Source of the DNA: Spirochaetia bacterium
Lineage (GTDB): Bacteria > Spirochaetota > Spirochaetia > DSM-16054 > Sediminispirochaetaceae
DNA: 64,000 nt
Direction of reading: 5' to 3'
Assembly (NCBI GenBank): GCA_034520965.1
Contig: JAXHMY010000007.1
Location: 64,001 to 128,000 of the forward strand
Shown one piece after another: positions 30,481-41,727 of this stretch. Position numbers and translations under genes: made by a program. Position 1 is the first letter of the stretch, and each line of letters starts with the position of its first letter. The notes under the pieces were generated by a model that was given only the letters and a program-made list of their open reading frames with translations, ran no database searches and was not told the DNA's origin.

Positions 30481-31485
30481 TTAACACCCGCAGTTTTGCT
30501 GTACCATATCGTAGGGGTAGGGGGCCGGTATCGAACTGGCTGTATTTAATCGCTGCATCTGCTCTTGAGTAAGGGACCATTCGGCGGCGGATAGGTTGTC
30601 CCGTAGGTGTTCCAGCCTGCGGGCACCGATAATAGGGCTGGTGACTTCGCATTTGCGCAGCAGCCAGTTTAGCGACACTTGGGCCGGTGACCGGCCGGTT
30701 TCTTTGGCAATTTCAAGCAGGGTGTCGATAACCTGCCAGGTTGCTTCCGTATTGTAGTTTTGCCAGGATTCAAACCATCCCTCTTCTTCGGCCTGCTCTA
30801 CCCGGCTGTTTTTGGGCGGTGCCTGCATATCACGGGTGTAACGTCCCGAGAGCCACCCTCCGAGCAAGGGGCCCCACACCATAAAGCCCAGCCCTTCCCG
30901 GGCACAGAGGGGCAGCAGTTCCCACTCGCCTGAGCGAGTTAACAGATTGTACTTGGCCTGGAGCGAGACAAAGGGTGCCCACCCGTGGGCCGCGCTGATA
31001 TCCAGAGCCTTCTGCAGCACTGAAGGGGTAAAGTTACTGGCGCCTATGTAACGGACTTTACCGGTTTCGATAAGAGTATTCAGGCTTGCAAGGGTTTCTT
31101 CCAATGGGGTTGTTGGGTCCTGGCAATGGACCTGGTAGAGGTCGATATAATCGGTTTGCAGGCGCTTCAGGCTGGCCTCTACCTGCTGCATAATATGCGC
31201 CCGGCCCAGACCACTCTCATTAGGCCCATCTCCCATAGGAAAGCGTACCTTCGTGGCTACCACATAATCTTCACGACGCTTGCGCTTGAGCCATTTGCCT
31301 ACGATTTCTTCGGAGGTGCCGCGGGAATACACGTTTGCCGTATCAATAAAATTGCCCCCCGCCGCAGAGAACTCGTCCATCATGGTATAACTGGTCTGCT
31401 CATCGGTTTCGCGGCCGAAGGTCATGCTCCCCATACAGAGTTCGCTTACCTTTAATCCTGAATTGCCTAAACTTACGTATTTCAT
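30481..31485 (-). CDS. Aldo/keto reductase
   Basis: [39 protein letters not shown] and [10 protein letters not shown] motifs. Confidence 0.95.
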   Translation of the reverse strand: MKYVSLGNSGLKVSELCMGSMTFGRETDEQTSYTMMDEFSAAGGNFIDTANVYSRGTSEEIVGKWLKRKRREDYVVATKVRFPMGDGPNESGLGRAHIMQQVEASLKRLQTDYIDLYQVHCQDPTTPLEETLASLNTLIETGKVRYIGASNFTPSVLQKALDISAAHGWAPFVSLQAKYNLLTRSGEWELLPLCAREGLGFMVWGPLLGGWLSGRYTRDMQAPPKNSRVEQAEEEGWFESWQNYNTEATWQVIDTLLEIAKETGRSPAQVSLNWLLRKCEVTSPIIGARRLEHLRDNLSAAEWSLTQEQMQRLNTASSIPAPYPYDMVQQNCGC

Positions 31486-31516
31486 ATATTTCTCCTAAGA
31501 ATAATATATTCTGTCG

Positions 31517-31934
31517 TTATATGAGCCCGGAGAGTTGCAGTCCCAAGAAGATAGTGAGTGCCATAGAGAGCAGGGTGATTCTTCCGAGCCAGTGATGAAC
31601 TATCCGCACCTGTTTCTTGTAGGTTGGTTTAACCTTACGACTGCGAATCGCAAAGCCTATGATTGGCGTTGCGATGACTAAAGCAAAGGTAAGTACGCCC
31701 ACAACAGCATGGAGTGAGGCAATATGTACTCCATGGGATAGAGAAACCATAATAACCGCAATTACCATGGCAGTCACAACAGCGCCGGCGCCAATGAGGT
31801 TCAATCGTTTATGGAGCGTGTACCACCAGCGCTTTTTTCTGATAGCGTGCTATGCTCATAGCAGCGAACATCAACACAAATGATAGTCCCATGAGTACCG
31901 CATGGATAGGCCACAAAACCGAATAAGTCGACAT
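31517..31934 (-). CDS. Small cytochrome b561-like membrane protein, frameshifted in an A6 run near 31835
   Basis: ATG 31934 after GGAGG gives MSTYSVLWPIHAVLM; continues WWYTLHKRLNLIG...SLHAVVG...VHHWLGR (four His in TM helices). Confidence 0.6.
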
Positions 31935-32064
31935 ACACACCTCCTATTGCAAAGTATTACATAACCGATGGAAGATTTCAAATTTCGAATCCCTGAATCT
32001 ATAAAGAAAAAAATGAAGCATCAATCTGTGGCTACTGTTGAGGAAGTTTAAGTTTGGATTAGCC

Positions 32065-33366
32065 TCAAAATTGTATACCGATAAAGAATTCGGACTGAAC
32101 GGTACGTGTGAGAGTATTCAAACCCGCATGAAACCCGAATACTGGAGCTTCAACTCTGTGTGCATAGAATCTGAATCCTAAACCGGGGCCAAAAAAAAGT
32201 TCATGGCTGTCTTCTACAGGGCTATAATAACCGGTTTCTATAAAACTGAAGGTGGTGAAGGTTCCAAAAGAAGGTTGAGCAAGGGGAACCTCGTATTCAA
32301 CGCCTGCACTGGAATAGAGCCGATCCACGGTATTTTTCATAGGCAGAACCCGAAAGCCGGGCCCGTAGAGCTTGTTGTAATGAAGGGGATCGGTAAAGTT
32401 AAAACCGGCTTTCGCAAACATCGACAAATTATGGCGGAAGATGTTACGGACTGTTTTTTCGGCCGACAAGCTTCCATATAGATTCCCAGTGCGGGGGCCA
32501 ATAATAAAGCCGCGGGATAAGTTAAGTGAGATTATTGTTCCTTCCCGAAAATAGTATACGAAATAAGTGGTATCGTAGGTCAGTCTTGCTCCTACTCCCA
32601 ACATTTCAGATGAATCGGCCAGTTCGTAATGTGGATCCCAGCTAGAATATAGGTCGAGCATTTCATATTCCAGGCTAAAACCGGGTTGAAAATTCCTGTT
32701 CTGGTTGAATGCAAGCTGAGAGGAGAGGTCTCCTGAGTATCCGGAGAAAGTTCTCAGTTCTGTGCCGTCGGTGTAACTGTGGTGCTGTTCTTCGTACCCG
32801 CCGGAGAAAAAAAGTGAAAATGTTCCGTTCCCGTCATACAGTTCCGGATTTATGTAACCCAGTTTTCCTGTTAGGCCACCATGCTGCCACACAGTGGTGG
32901 CCAGCAATTCTGAGGTGCTGCCCTGAATTTCTGAATTGATGCGTGCACCGCCGGTGATAATTGCGCCGCTACTAAGTGAAAAGTATGGTTTAAGATCAAC
33001 ATAGGAACGCTCATTCACCTTGATTATGATTTTGTAGCCCTCAGGAATAAGCTGATAATAGAACCTAACGGACTCAAACATATTGGTGCGCAGCAACCTT
33101 CTGCGAGCTTGGTTCAGGTTTAAGGTGCCCAGGGGCTCCTCGCTGTGCACATCAATAACCGCTGTAAGGGTAGTGGCACTGATACGGTTTAAGCCTTCAA
33201 CCTCAATAGAAGTGATATTTGCATCGGGGTTTTTGCTGATAATGTCTTCGGAAAGAATCATCGGACCGGGAAGGTAGGTGATGGTTGTTACTGTGTCTGC
33301 TGCGAGCTGTGAGTCGAGCAGACAAAAAAACACAAACACTATCTTAAATAAACGCTTGGGAAGCAT
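32065..33366 (-). CDS. Omp85/TamA-like outer-membrane protein with one POTRA domain
   Basis: ITSIEVEGLNRIS...LLRTNMFESV...IKVNER POTRA pattern; beta-rich C-terminus ending FIGIQF. Confidence 0.7.
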   Translation of the reverse strand: MLPKRLFKIVFVFFCLLDSQLAADTVTTITYLPGPMILSEDIISKNPDANITSIEVEGLNRISATTLTAVIDVHSEEPLGTLNLNQARRRLLRTNMFESVRFYYQLIPEGYKIIIKVNERSYVDLKPYFSLSSGAIITGGARINSEIQGSTSELLATTVWQHGGLTGKLGYINPELYDGNGTFSLFFSGGYEEQHHSYTDGTELRTFSGYSGDLSSQLAFNQNRNFQPGFSLEYEMLDLYSSWDPHYELADSSEMLGVGARLTYDTTYFVYYFREGTIISLNLSRGFIIGPRTGNLYGSLSAEKTVRNIFRHNLSMFAKAGFNFTDPLHYNKLYGPGFRVLPMKNTVDRLYSSAGVEYEVPLAQPSFGTFTTFSFIETGYYSPVEDSHELFFGPGLGFRFYAHRVEAPVFGFHAGLNTLTRTVQSEFFIGIQF

Positions 33367-33481
33367 AATGTCACTATAGGAAATATGAAGAATACTTCCA
33401 AGGTAAGTGAAGTTCAGTTAATATTAATTGTACAAATTCTCACCATCTTGTTATACTCTCATAAATCAAAAGGAGTGTACT

Positions 33482-34522
33482 ATGCGGAGAATTACAGCGT
33501 TCGTGGTGTGTGGACTGATTGCAGTGTGTGGGTTGGCTGCTCAAACGGAGATAGACTATTGGATTACAGGAGATTTGGCATATTATCCGCCCAACCTGGG
33601 AGGTTACGGGATAGAGAAATTTGCACCCATAGATTACAGCACGGTGACCCATGAGGAGCTGGAAAATTTGTCCAACTCGGATATAAAAGATGAGGGACGC
33701 GATTTGGGCGGTCAGGCTGTTGAGATGCGAGCGACCTTCGGCCAGGAGCTGGAGTTTCCACTTTTACGGGGAAATTCAATCCTGACTGCCGGAAACAATG
33801 TGAAAATCCGTTTAAAAGAAGAAATCTCGCCGGTAACTGCGAATTTGGTAGTTGAGTCGGTATTCACTCCGGTGGCCTTTCTCTTAATCGACAGCGCCCT
33901 TTCAATCGGAACGGGATGGGCAGTAGGCGATATCAGCGGCCTTTCCTATAATACCCCTGAAAAAACTTTTGAGCCGGCCCCGTTTAAAGGTGCCGTAACA
34001 ACGGCGGAAGTCGGCGCCACATTCCAGTTTGATTTTGGCCTGCTGGTTCCCGGAGACTGGACCCATATTGTTACGGTGTACCGTGCCGGGCTTCAGTACG
34101 AGGCTTTTACTGCAGCTAATGCGGACGAACCATGGATGTGGCAGGCCGATAACGGGGAGAACTTTAACGGCTGGAACTGGAAGCAGACCGGAGTGCTCGG
34201 ATACCAAATGCCGGCGCTGCGGCATATCGATACAACCGGATTACTGATAGAGACGGAACAGCGGATTACTAAGCGGGATGAGTCAACGATGGATGCCGGC
34301 GGCTGGGGCTCGGATTTTATGAAGGTTTATGTAAGCCCTTTTGTGGTTGTACAGATAAACCCTAGCCATGCTCTGACGCTGCAGCTGCAGTTTGCCCGTG
34401 GTCGGGACTACACCGAGGAAACCATCGGGAACGCCCATTTTTCCTACCGGAAGGTGGATACCGACAGCCCTGTGTACTGGTACTTTCGACGTGCAGCCCT
34501 CTCCTACCGGTATGAGTACTAG
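33482..34522 (+). CDS. Exported hypothetical protein, likely an outer-membrane barrel
   Basis: Signal peptide MRRITAFVV after AGGAG; aromatic C-terminus LSYRYEY. Confidence 0.65.
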   Translation: MRRITAFVVCGLIAVCGLAAQTEIDYWITGDLAYYPPNLGGYGIEKFAPIDYSTVTHEELENLSNSDIKDEGRDLGGQAVEMRATFGQELEFPLLRGNSILTAGNNVKIRLKEEISPVTANLVVESVFTPVAFLLIDSALSIGTGWAVGDISGLSYNTPEKTFEPAPFKGAVTTAEVGATFQFDFGLLVPGDWTHIVTVYRAGLQYEAFTAANADEPWMWQADNGENFNGWNWKQTGVLGYQMPALRHIDTTGLLIETEQRITKRDESTMDAGGWGSDFMKVYVSPFVVVQINPSHALTLQLQFARGRDYTEETIGNAHFSYRKVDTDSPVYWYFRRAALSYRYEY

Positions 34523-34535
34523 TCCCTCAAACAGC

Positions 34536-35054
34536 TTATTTTAGGTATGCGATAATCTCCCGCATATATGCAGGCAGGTCAGGCGGACGGCGGCTGGAGA
34601 TGATGTGCCCGTCGCGAATGACATCGGTGTTTTTCCAGATTGCTCCGGCGTTCACCAGATCGTCCTTTATGGCCGGAGTACTGGTAACCTCGCGTCCCTT
34701 TAATATGTCCGCCGAAATCAGTACCCAGCCGGCATGACATATTTGGCCAATCAGTTTTTCCTCTTTATCAAAAGCGCGTATAAGTTCAATTACCTCGGGA
34801 TATCTGCGCAGTTTATCGGGGGCCCAGCCGCCGGGAACCAATATACCTTGGAAATCGTTAGAGTGAAGCTCATCGTAGGAAAACTCGGCGACGGCGGGAA
34901 CTCCATGTTTCCCGTGATATTCTTTGCCGGCTTCCTCACCGACTAAAACTACTTCGGCGCCTGCTTCCCTGAGGCGGAGAACCGGGTACCATAACTCTAG
35001 ATCTTCAAACTGGTCGTGAACCAGGGCAATAATTCGTTTGGATGTAAGTTCCAT
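34536..35054 (-). CDS. PfpI/DJ-1 family (type 1 glutamine amidotransferase-like) protein
   Basis: FEDLELWYP, VPGGWAPDKLR, ICHAGW and SSRRPPDL motifs. Confidence 0.93.
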   Translation of the reverse strand: MELTSKRIIALVHDQFEDLELWYPVLRLREAGAEVVLVGEEAGKEYHGKHGVPAVAEFSYDELHSNDFQGILVPGGWAPDKLRRYPEVIELIRAFDKEEKLIGQICHAGWVLISADILKGREVTSTPAIKDDLVNAGAIWKNTDVIRDGHIISSRRPPDLPAYMREIIAYLK

Positions 35055-35212
35055 TACTATCTCCTTAGATACTCTTTCTATCAACTTAGTAAATTAAAAG
35101 GGGAAAGGCAAATTGTAAATTTCTATTATAATTCTCTATCGATAATCCTTTGCGTTTCACACAGGCAGCATGTATAATGTGGTTCAACTAGGATGCCGAA
35201 AGGAGTAGCAGC

Positions 35213-35749
35213 GTGCATGATGATGTAAAAGAGGTTCTTTTCTCTGCTGAGGAGCTTGAGAAACGGGTAAAGGAGTTGGGAGAGCAGATAACCGCCGATT
35301 ATAAGGGTAAGGAGCTGTTGGTTATCGGAGTTCTCAAGGGGGCGAATGTTTTTCTGGCTGACCTTGTTCGGCGTATAGAGCTTCCTCTGGAAATAGATTT
35401 TATCGCCGCCGCCAGTTACGGAAGCTCTACTGAAAGTTCCGGAGTGGTGAGACTGATGAAGGATTTGGATTATCCCATCGAGAATCGGCATGTAGTGTTG
35501 GTCGAAGACTTAATAGACACTGGGCTTACTTTGCACTATTTAGCGGAAAACCTAAAAGCCCGTCTGCCGGCAAGCTTTCAAATTTGTACCCTGCTGGATA
35601 AACCGGAGCGACGGAAGGTGCCCATGGAGGTAGATTACAAGGGTTTTGATATACCCGATGAATTCATAGTTGGGTATGGAATAGACTTCAATCAGAAATA
35701 CCGGAACCTTTCTTATATCGCAACCTTAAAACCGGAGGTGTATGCCTAG
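35213..35749 (+). CDS. hpt: Hypoxanthine phosphoribosyltransferase
   Basis: VLKGA, VVLVEDLIDTGLTL, LLDKP and FIVGYGID motifs. Confidence 0.96.
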   Translation: MHDDVKEVLFSAEELEKRVKELGEQITADYKGKELLVIGVLKGANVFLADLVRRIELPLEIDFIAAASYGSSTESSGVVRLMKDLDYPIENRHVVLVEDLIDTGLTLHYLAENLKARLPASFQICTLLDKPERRKVPMEVDYKGFDIPDEFIVGYGIDFNQKYRNLSYIATLKPEVYA

Positions 35750-35787
35750 AGCTCCGGCTTGATTATATTACAATGGAGGAGAAATAT

Positions 35788-36135
35788 ATGTTTATTTCGC
35801 ATAGGAATGAGATTCCCGGAAAAAAACTCAGCGGAGAAACGCTGAAGAATGTAACTAAGCAGGTACTGATAGGTCCCGACCAGGGATGGGAAGATTATGT
35901 CATGCGTATGCTAACTATAGAAAAGGGAGGCTTCTCACCGCGACATAACCACGATTGGCCGCATATCCTGTACATAGTAGAGGGTGAGGGAACCCTTCAC
36001 ATGGATGGTGTTGATCACCCGGTAGAGGCTGGGTCTACGGCTTTTGTCTCCCCGGGAATCAGAGCATCAACTGATGTATAGGGGGGCGATAAGTTTGTGT
36101 TTATCTGCATAGTTCCGAAAGAGGGTGATAAGTAA
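35788..36135 (+). CDS. Cupin domain protein, frameshifted near 36060
   Basis: [18 protein letters not shown]; the alternate frame gives EHQLM...[13 protein letters not shown]. Confidence 0.8.
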
Positions 36136-36172
36136 TACTTTCTATCCAGTACAGCTAAAAAAAGGAGCCGGT

Positions 36173-37790
36173 GTGTTTTCATATTTATACAACAGGTATT
36201 CCCATGAGAATGTGATTATTCAGGATAAGGCGATCTCCCTTTTGTTTTTAGATGCAATGTTGAGCATCGGTTTTATCGGACTGGGAGCAATTCGAATTGC
36301 CGACGGTTTCCTTCTATTAGGGAGCATGGAGATAGGAGTCAGTCTGGTATTGGCGCTGCTTTGTGTGTTGATTTTGAAGGGCCGCTTTAGAGTAGCGAGT
36401 ATGAGCACGGTGGTGTTGTTTGGAATTGCCGCTTCCGGTCTGTTTTTACTGCGCGACGTGGAGCTTTCAAAAGATATTTATATACACACCAGCTATATGG
36501 TACCCGCTTTTCTCACCTTGCCGCTGCTGGCCTATAACAATCGCCAGGTGTTAGGGGCTGTCCTGTTTGGGCTTCTCTCGCACGTACTGCACAACTTTTT
36601 GCGGGTCGCCCCGGCAGTGCGGTTGGCAGGTAATGTATACGGTAACTCGGAATTTTTGGTCTCTTTTATTCTGATGTTTTTCAGCGGGATTTTTATTTTT
36701 CAGATCTTTAATATGCAGCATAAGAACTTACACACCATTGAGAGTACCGCCGAGAAAGCGCGGCTGCAGTACAATCAACTGAAAAGCCTTCTGAACCAAA
36801 CCTCGGGCAGTTTCAATGTGGGTGAACAACTGCAGGTTCATGCACGTATTAACGCAGATGTGGCCCAGACGATTGCCGGGAGTTTAAAAGAGATGCAGAG
36901 TGAAATGCAGGGGCTCGATGATGATGCCTCGGAGACACGGAAGGTTCATACCCATATTATGGAATCAAAGCTGGTTGTACAACAGAGTATGGGGCGGCAG
37001 ACCGAGGCAATTCAGAACGCCACTACTGCTACCGAGCAAATCGGGGCTCAGGTTGAAACCACCGTGAGCTCTACACAGCAAAAGAAAACGGCGGTAGAGG
37101 AGCTGGTGAAGGTTGCAAAGGAAGCAGCCGAGAAGATGCGCACTACCGTCGAGGCCTTTCATTCGATTTCCAGTTCTTCGGAGCGGATTATCGAAGTGAT
37201 AAAGGTTATTGAGGATGTTGCGGACAGGACCAACCTGTTAGCGATGAATGCGGCCATAGAAGCTGCCCACGCCGGACATTCGGGGCGTGGTTTCGCGGTG
37301 GTGGCCGGTGAAATTCCGCAGTTTAGCCGAGGAGACCAACGAGAATTCACGCACGATTCGGGCGACTCTTGAGGAGAACCGGTCCTTAATCGGGAATGCG
37401 GTGCAGGCAGGGGACTCTCTGCAGGGGGTCTTCTCTGAGATAAGAACAAAGATAAGCGATGTACACCAGGGGCTGATGGAGATAATTGCAGGGATGGATG
37501 AGTTTCGTTCCGGGCATATGGAGATGCAGCAGTCGATTGAAAACCTTAATCAAGTAAATGAGACTGTACACGAGTCACTTGGGGTAATGGAAAAGAACCT
37601 TGATTCAGGTACCGAATCGGTTGAGCATATTGCCGCTACTATCGCCGAATTGCGACAGCAACTGGATGAGATTACCATCCATACCGATTCAATACTTTCC
37701 GAGTCGAACAAGCTCACGGAAATTGGCCAGGAGAATGCAGACAGCTACGCCAATCTGCAGTCCGAAATTATGGCGGCAAGCAAGGTTTAG
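36173..37790 (+). CDS. Multi-TM methyl-accepting chemotaxis protein, frameshifted near 37315
   Basis: About six TM segments; [32 protein letters not shown] continues as [14 protein letters not shown] in ORF 37287-37790. Confidence 0.88.
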
Positions 37791-37806
37791 AGCTTGTTTT
37801 GAGTGC

Positions 37807-38556
37807 TTAATCGGGGCTGTTTTGCTTTTTCCAATCCTCAAAGCTCTGCTGCTCTTCTGCTCGCCAGGCAGCGTAGTCACCCATTACATAGCCGTCCCAG
37901 TTGTCCCAGGGTGACTCTGATGATTCAGTAGAAGGGCTTTCTTGGCCCTGGAATACTCCGTTTTGAAACTCGCCTTGATACACATCTCCATCGTTCATCT
38001 TTAATCTGCCCTGGCCGTGGGGCTCGCCGTTTTTGAGCTCTCCCGAATAGGTCCCATGTGCAAATTGTACTGTGTCTACAGTTTCTGAAGTTGTTGCAGT
38101 TGAGGGGAGGGTAGATAAGATACGAGCAGCGCTATGATAGTGTTTTTTCCAGTATCGGGCAGTGAGAGACGTAATATTTACTCCGCGTTCCGGTCCGTCT
38201 GATATGGCGTGGATAATTGAATTAGCCCCGATATAGAGCGCCACATGGGAGATTACGCCTGCTGCCGGGCTGGTTGCAAAGAAAACTAAGTCGCCGGGGA
38301 CCAGTTCATCTTTGCTGATTTGTCGGCCGGAGCGGGCTATATCCCGTGAAACTCGGGGCAAGTTACTTACATGGGGTTCAAACAGAAAGTATATAAAACC
38401 TGAACAATCGAAACAGGGAGGAGAGGAGCTGCCGTTACAGTAGCTGCTGCCAAGATACTGCTGAGCCGGCTGAATGATATCATTTTGTACATCGACAGCC
38501 GGCAGCAGTTGACCGGCCCAGATTAATAGTATAATTAAACTGAGCTTGTATTTCAT
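37807..38556 (-). CDS. NlpC/P60 peptidoglycan endopeptidase with MORN repeats
   Basis: FDCSGF, LVPGDLVFF, SHVALY...IIHA; YSGELKNGEPHGQG MORN motifs. Confidence 0.9.
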   Translation of the reverse strand: MKYKLSLIILLIWAGQLLPAVDVQNDIIQPAQQYLGSSYCNGSSSPPCFDCSGFIYFLFEPHVSNLPRVSRDIARSGRQISKDELVPGDLVFFATSPAAGVISHVALYIGANSIIHAISDGPERGVNITSLTARYWKKHYHSAARILSTLPSTATTSETVDTVQFAHGTYSGELKNGEPHGQGRLKMNDGDVYQGEFQNGVFQGQESPSTESSESPWDNWDGYVMGDYAAWRAEEQQSFEDWKKQNSPD

Positions 38557-39279
38557 TTACGGTGCTTCGGCCTTAATTTTACCGTCGACCCACACCCCAA
38601 GGCGGTTTTCACCCTCTTTTTCAGGGATTTCCATAATCATACCCGGAAGAATTAGATCGGGATTGTCGGGCTCAGGGAGTTTATTCTTATTTGCCTGGTA
38701 TATTGGCCACCAGCCGGCTGGGTCATCATATATAAAGTCGTAGCTGGATATTCTCCAAAAACAGTCTTCTTCACCGGGCATATCACGAACTACATAGGCA
38801 GCCGGCAGTAAATTTTCCGCTTTCGGCGGTTCAATACTATCGAGTATCTCCACCGCTTTGTTACTGGCTTCTTGACTCTCCTTAAACGCTTCCTCGGTAT
38901 CTTCTTGAAAAAGTTCATCCGCCTTTGCTATAAGGTCTTCAGCAGTAGAAAACTTTGCAGGTTCGCTAATATGTCCATCTGCCCTTTTTACCTGACCTCT
39001 TCGGTTGCGGGCTTTCCAGAGAGCACTGTTTGCGCGGTATTTTGCCAACATAAACTGGATGTATTCCTCGGATTTTTGGGAATATTCCTTTGATTTTTCA
39101 GCATATTCAATGGCTTTGTCGTATTCACCTTCCTCTATCGCTTCCTGTGAGAGTCGTTTATAGCGCAGCGATTCCCGGTAATCCTCGTTATTTTTCAGGC
39201 TTTGAGCACCTGCTGTAACCAGCGGAAGCAGTAGCATGAATAGAGCGAGTAGTAGTAATAGTGTCCATTTTTTATTCAT
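38557..39279 (-). CDS. Exported helical protein with C-terminal LysM domain
   Basis: Signal peptide; YVVR...DCFWRIS...WWPIYQANKNKLPEPDNPDLILPGMIMEIP. Confidence 0.85.
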   Translation of the reverse strand: MNKKWTLLLLLALFMLLLPLVTAGAQSLKNNEDYRESLRYKRLSQEAIEEGEYDKAIEYAEKSKEYSQKSEEYIQFMLAKYRANSALWKARNRRGQVKRADGHISEPAKFSTAEDLIAKADELFQEDTEEAFKESQEASNKAVEILDSIEPPKAENLLPAAYVVRDMPGEEDCFWRISSYDFIYDDPAGWWPIYQANKNKLPEPDNPDLILPGMIMEIPEKEGENRLGVWVDGKIKAEAP

Positions 39280-39754
39280 TTTCTTCCCCCCCTGCTGCGG
39301 CTTCTTCTTCAGCTTCTTGGGCGTTCTTTTCTACGTTCGAAATGGCCTCTTCGGCTTCCTTGAGGGCTTGCTGTGCCTGTTCTCGTAGTTTTTTAGCTTT
39401 TTTGGCCGCTTCCTCAAAAGTGACCTTTGCCTGCTGGTAGTTCTCGGTGGCGGAAAGGTAATCCTCGTCAGTTTCATCTGCCTGCCCTTGGAGAATAAAT
39501 TCTTCGCCCTTTTCGTATAAATCGGGAACAGCCTTTGCGGCCTTGAAGGAATCGGCTTTTGCTCGGGCATCCTTCGCCTCTTTTAGTGCTGTTTCGGCGG
39601 TTTGCTGATATTCGCTTACGGGTTTTTCCGGTTCTTCTTCGGCGGGCATCTCCTGTGCAGGTTCTTCGACTGCTTCAGGCTCCTCCTCCGGTGCTGATGC
39701 ACAAGCGGCCATCAGCAGCAAAACGATTGGAATAAGAAAAAGTAGTTTTTTCAT
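39272..39754 (-). CDS. Helical lipoprotein (DUF4398-like)
   Basis: Lipobox LMAAC; Ala/Glu/Lys-rich helices. Confidence 0.7.
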   Translation of the reverse strand: MKKLLFLIPIVLLLMAACASAPEEEPEAVEEPAQEMPAEEEPEKPVSEYQQTAETALKEAKDARAKADSFKAAKAVPDLYEKGEEFILQGQADETDEDYLSATENYQQAKVTFEEAAKKAKKLREQAQQALKEAEEAISNVEKNAQEAEEEAAAGGEENE

Positions 39755-39924
39755 ATGTACATCCTTGCTTAAAGATCTTACTTATTACAATGGTAATAGG
39801 TTTACCGAATTACTGCAAGTTTTTCTTTTTTAAGCACCTGACACGGTTTCTATGTTTTACTTTTGTTGACCGATTGGAGGGAATGACTTACTATTTCAAT
39901 CCAACAGAGGAATAGGGTACAAAA

Positions 39925-41709
39925 TTGAAACGCTTCATCGTTAGTATTCTCATCGTGATAATATTTCTCAATTCTCTTGCGCTCGCCTCGTTTTTTATTG
40001 TGCATTCGCACAATAGTTTTGCCGTAATGCGGAACCGCAATATAGATGATATTCAGCGGCAAGTGATGGACCGACTGGAAAGTTTCAATGTGTTTGTTCA
40101 ACCCTTTGAGCAGCAAATACGGGAGTACAATGAAACAGCAATTATGGAAATATACCAGGAGCTGATAGAACGAACGAAGGATGACCCGTTGTCTGTTGAA
40201 CAGGGTGTACTGGAGAAGCTCGTTGCTCAGTACAATGGACTCGATGTGTATCTTATAGATAGTAAAGGGGTTGTACAGAAAAGTACACTAGAAAGTGATA
40301 TTGGACTCAATCTGTTAAGATTGAACGAGGGTTTTTCTAACTATATTCGTTCTATTTATGGCTCCGGCAGCGTTTCTACCCAGAGATTGAGTATTTCTAC
40401 CATGCAGGGAACCAAAATGATTTACACCTACTTCAGTCCGGAAGGGAGTAACTGGCTGCTGGAAACTTCGGTGTCCTTTGAGGAATACATGCGGGGCCGC
40501 TATCAAGATGGACTGTACACCCAGCTGTTCCACACTTTCTTTACTGAGATCCAGACTTCAAACAGTGAACTTACCGAATTCGATGTAATCTACCAGACTG
40601 ATATCAGTTCTCGTTCTCTGTTGAGCGGTCAGGAGATACCCCTGGACCAGAAAGTTTTAAAGGTCTTAGAGAGAGAATCTTTCTTTCGAAATCAGGAAGG
40701 ACGTTCCCTGGTCATCTACCGGAAACTACAGATGACCCGCTCGGGTTTTGATTTTGTGCAGTACCCTATCATCTATTTGGAATATGATCTGTCCTACTAT
40801 TATGAGTTCCTATCTAAGTTTTATTTTATAGCAGGAGCAAGCATGCTGCTGCTGATTGTCCTTTTTTCGGGGGTGGCATATAAGCTTGTGGAGAAAAAGC
40901 TGGTTCAGCGGGTGGAGGAGCTGGATGAGGTGCTGCAGAGGGCGGCCAATGAGGACTACAGCGTGAGAGCGCGTTATACCTCAAGAATTCCTGAATTAAT
41001 GACCCTCTCAAGTTCGGCAAATCGTCTTATACAACAAGTACACAGCCGAGAACAAGAGCTGCGTACTGCCCTGGAAGAGCGGGAGATGCTGCTGGATGAG
41101 ATTCACCACCGGGTAAAAAACAACCTTAATGTGGTGATTAGTCTGCTTAATCTGCAGCATGAGCAGGTTACTAGTGTAGAAGAGGTAAAACAGGCCTTGC
41201 TGAAAACCCGTAATCGTATTTATTCGATGGCCCTCACCCACGAAAAACTCTACCAATCGGAAAATTTTTCTGATGTGAATATGAAAATGTATGTAGAGTC
41301 ATTTTTATCAACTTTTACCACCTCGGTTGGGGAGCAGCTTCCCTTTCAAATCGAATCGTTTGTGGAAGAGGTGAATTTGTCCATTACCCATGCAGTTCCG
41401 TGTGGAATAATTCTGAACGAACTGTTGATGAATGCAGTCGAGCATGCCTTTCCTGCTGTACAGGACGGTCTTATAAAGGTGAGCTTTACAAAACGCTCCG
41501 ACAACCGGTTTAGCATGATAGTTGAAGATAATGGAGTCGGGATGCCGGCAGATTTTTCTTTGCAGGAGGCTGACTCACTTGGGCTCGTGCTTGTGGATGC
41601 TCTCATAAAGCAGCTGCGAGGTGAGCTCAAGATTAGTAAAAGTACCGGTGTCCCTTCCGGCACTCGCTTTGAGATACTCTTTGAGGCAGCCGAAACCGGC
41701 TATTCCTAG
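39925..41709 (+). CDS. Membrane sensor histidine kinase (HAMP, HisKA_2)
   Basis: Two TMs around a periplasmic domain; EIHHRVKNNL; NELLMNA; EDNGVG; SLGL. Confidence 0.92.
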   Translation: MKRFIVSILIVIIFLNSLALASFFIVHSHNSFAVMRNRNIDDIQRQVMDRLESFNVFVQPFEQQIREYNETAIMEIYQELIERTKDDPLSVEQGVLEKLVAQYNGLDVYLIDSKGVVQKSTLESDIGLNLLRLNEGFSNYIRSIYGSGSVSTQRLSISTMQGTKMIYTYFSPEGSNWLLETSVSFEEYMRGRYQDGLYTQLFHTFFTEIQTSNSELTEFDVIYQTDISSRSLLSGQEIPLDQKVLKVLERESFFRNQEGRSLVIYRKLQMTRSGFDFVQYPIIYLEYDLSYYYEFLSKFYFIAGASMLLLIVLFSGVAYKLVEKKLVQRVEELDEVLQRAANEDYSVRARYTSRIPELMTLSSSANRLIQQVHSREQELRTALEEREMLLDEIHHRVKNNLNVVISLLNLQHEQVTSVEEVKQALLKTRNRIYSMALTHEKLYQSENFSDVNMKMYVESFLSTFTTSVGEQLPFQIESFVEEVNLSITHAVPCGIILNELLMNAVEHAFPAVQDGLIKVSFTKRSDNRFSMIVEDNGVGMPADFSLQEADSLGLVLVDALIKQLRGELKISKSTGVPSGTRFEILFEAAETGYS

Positions 41710-41727
41710 CCGGTTACTAGGGGCCGG

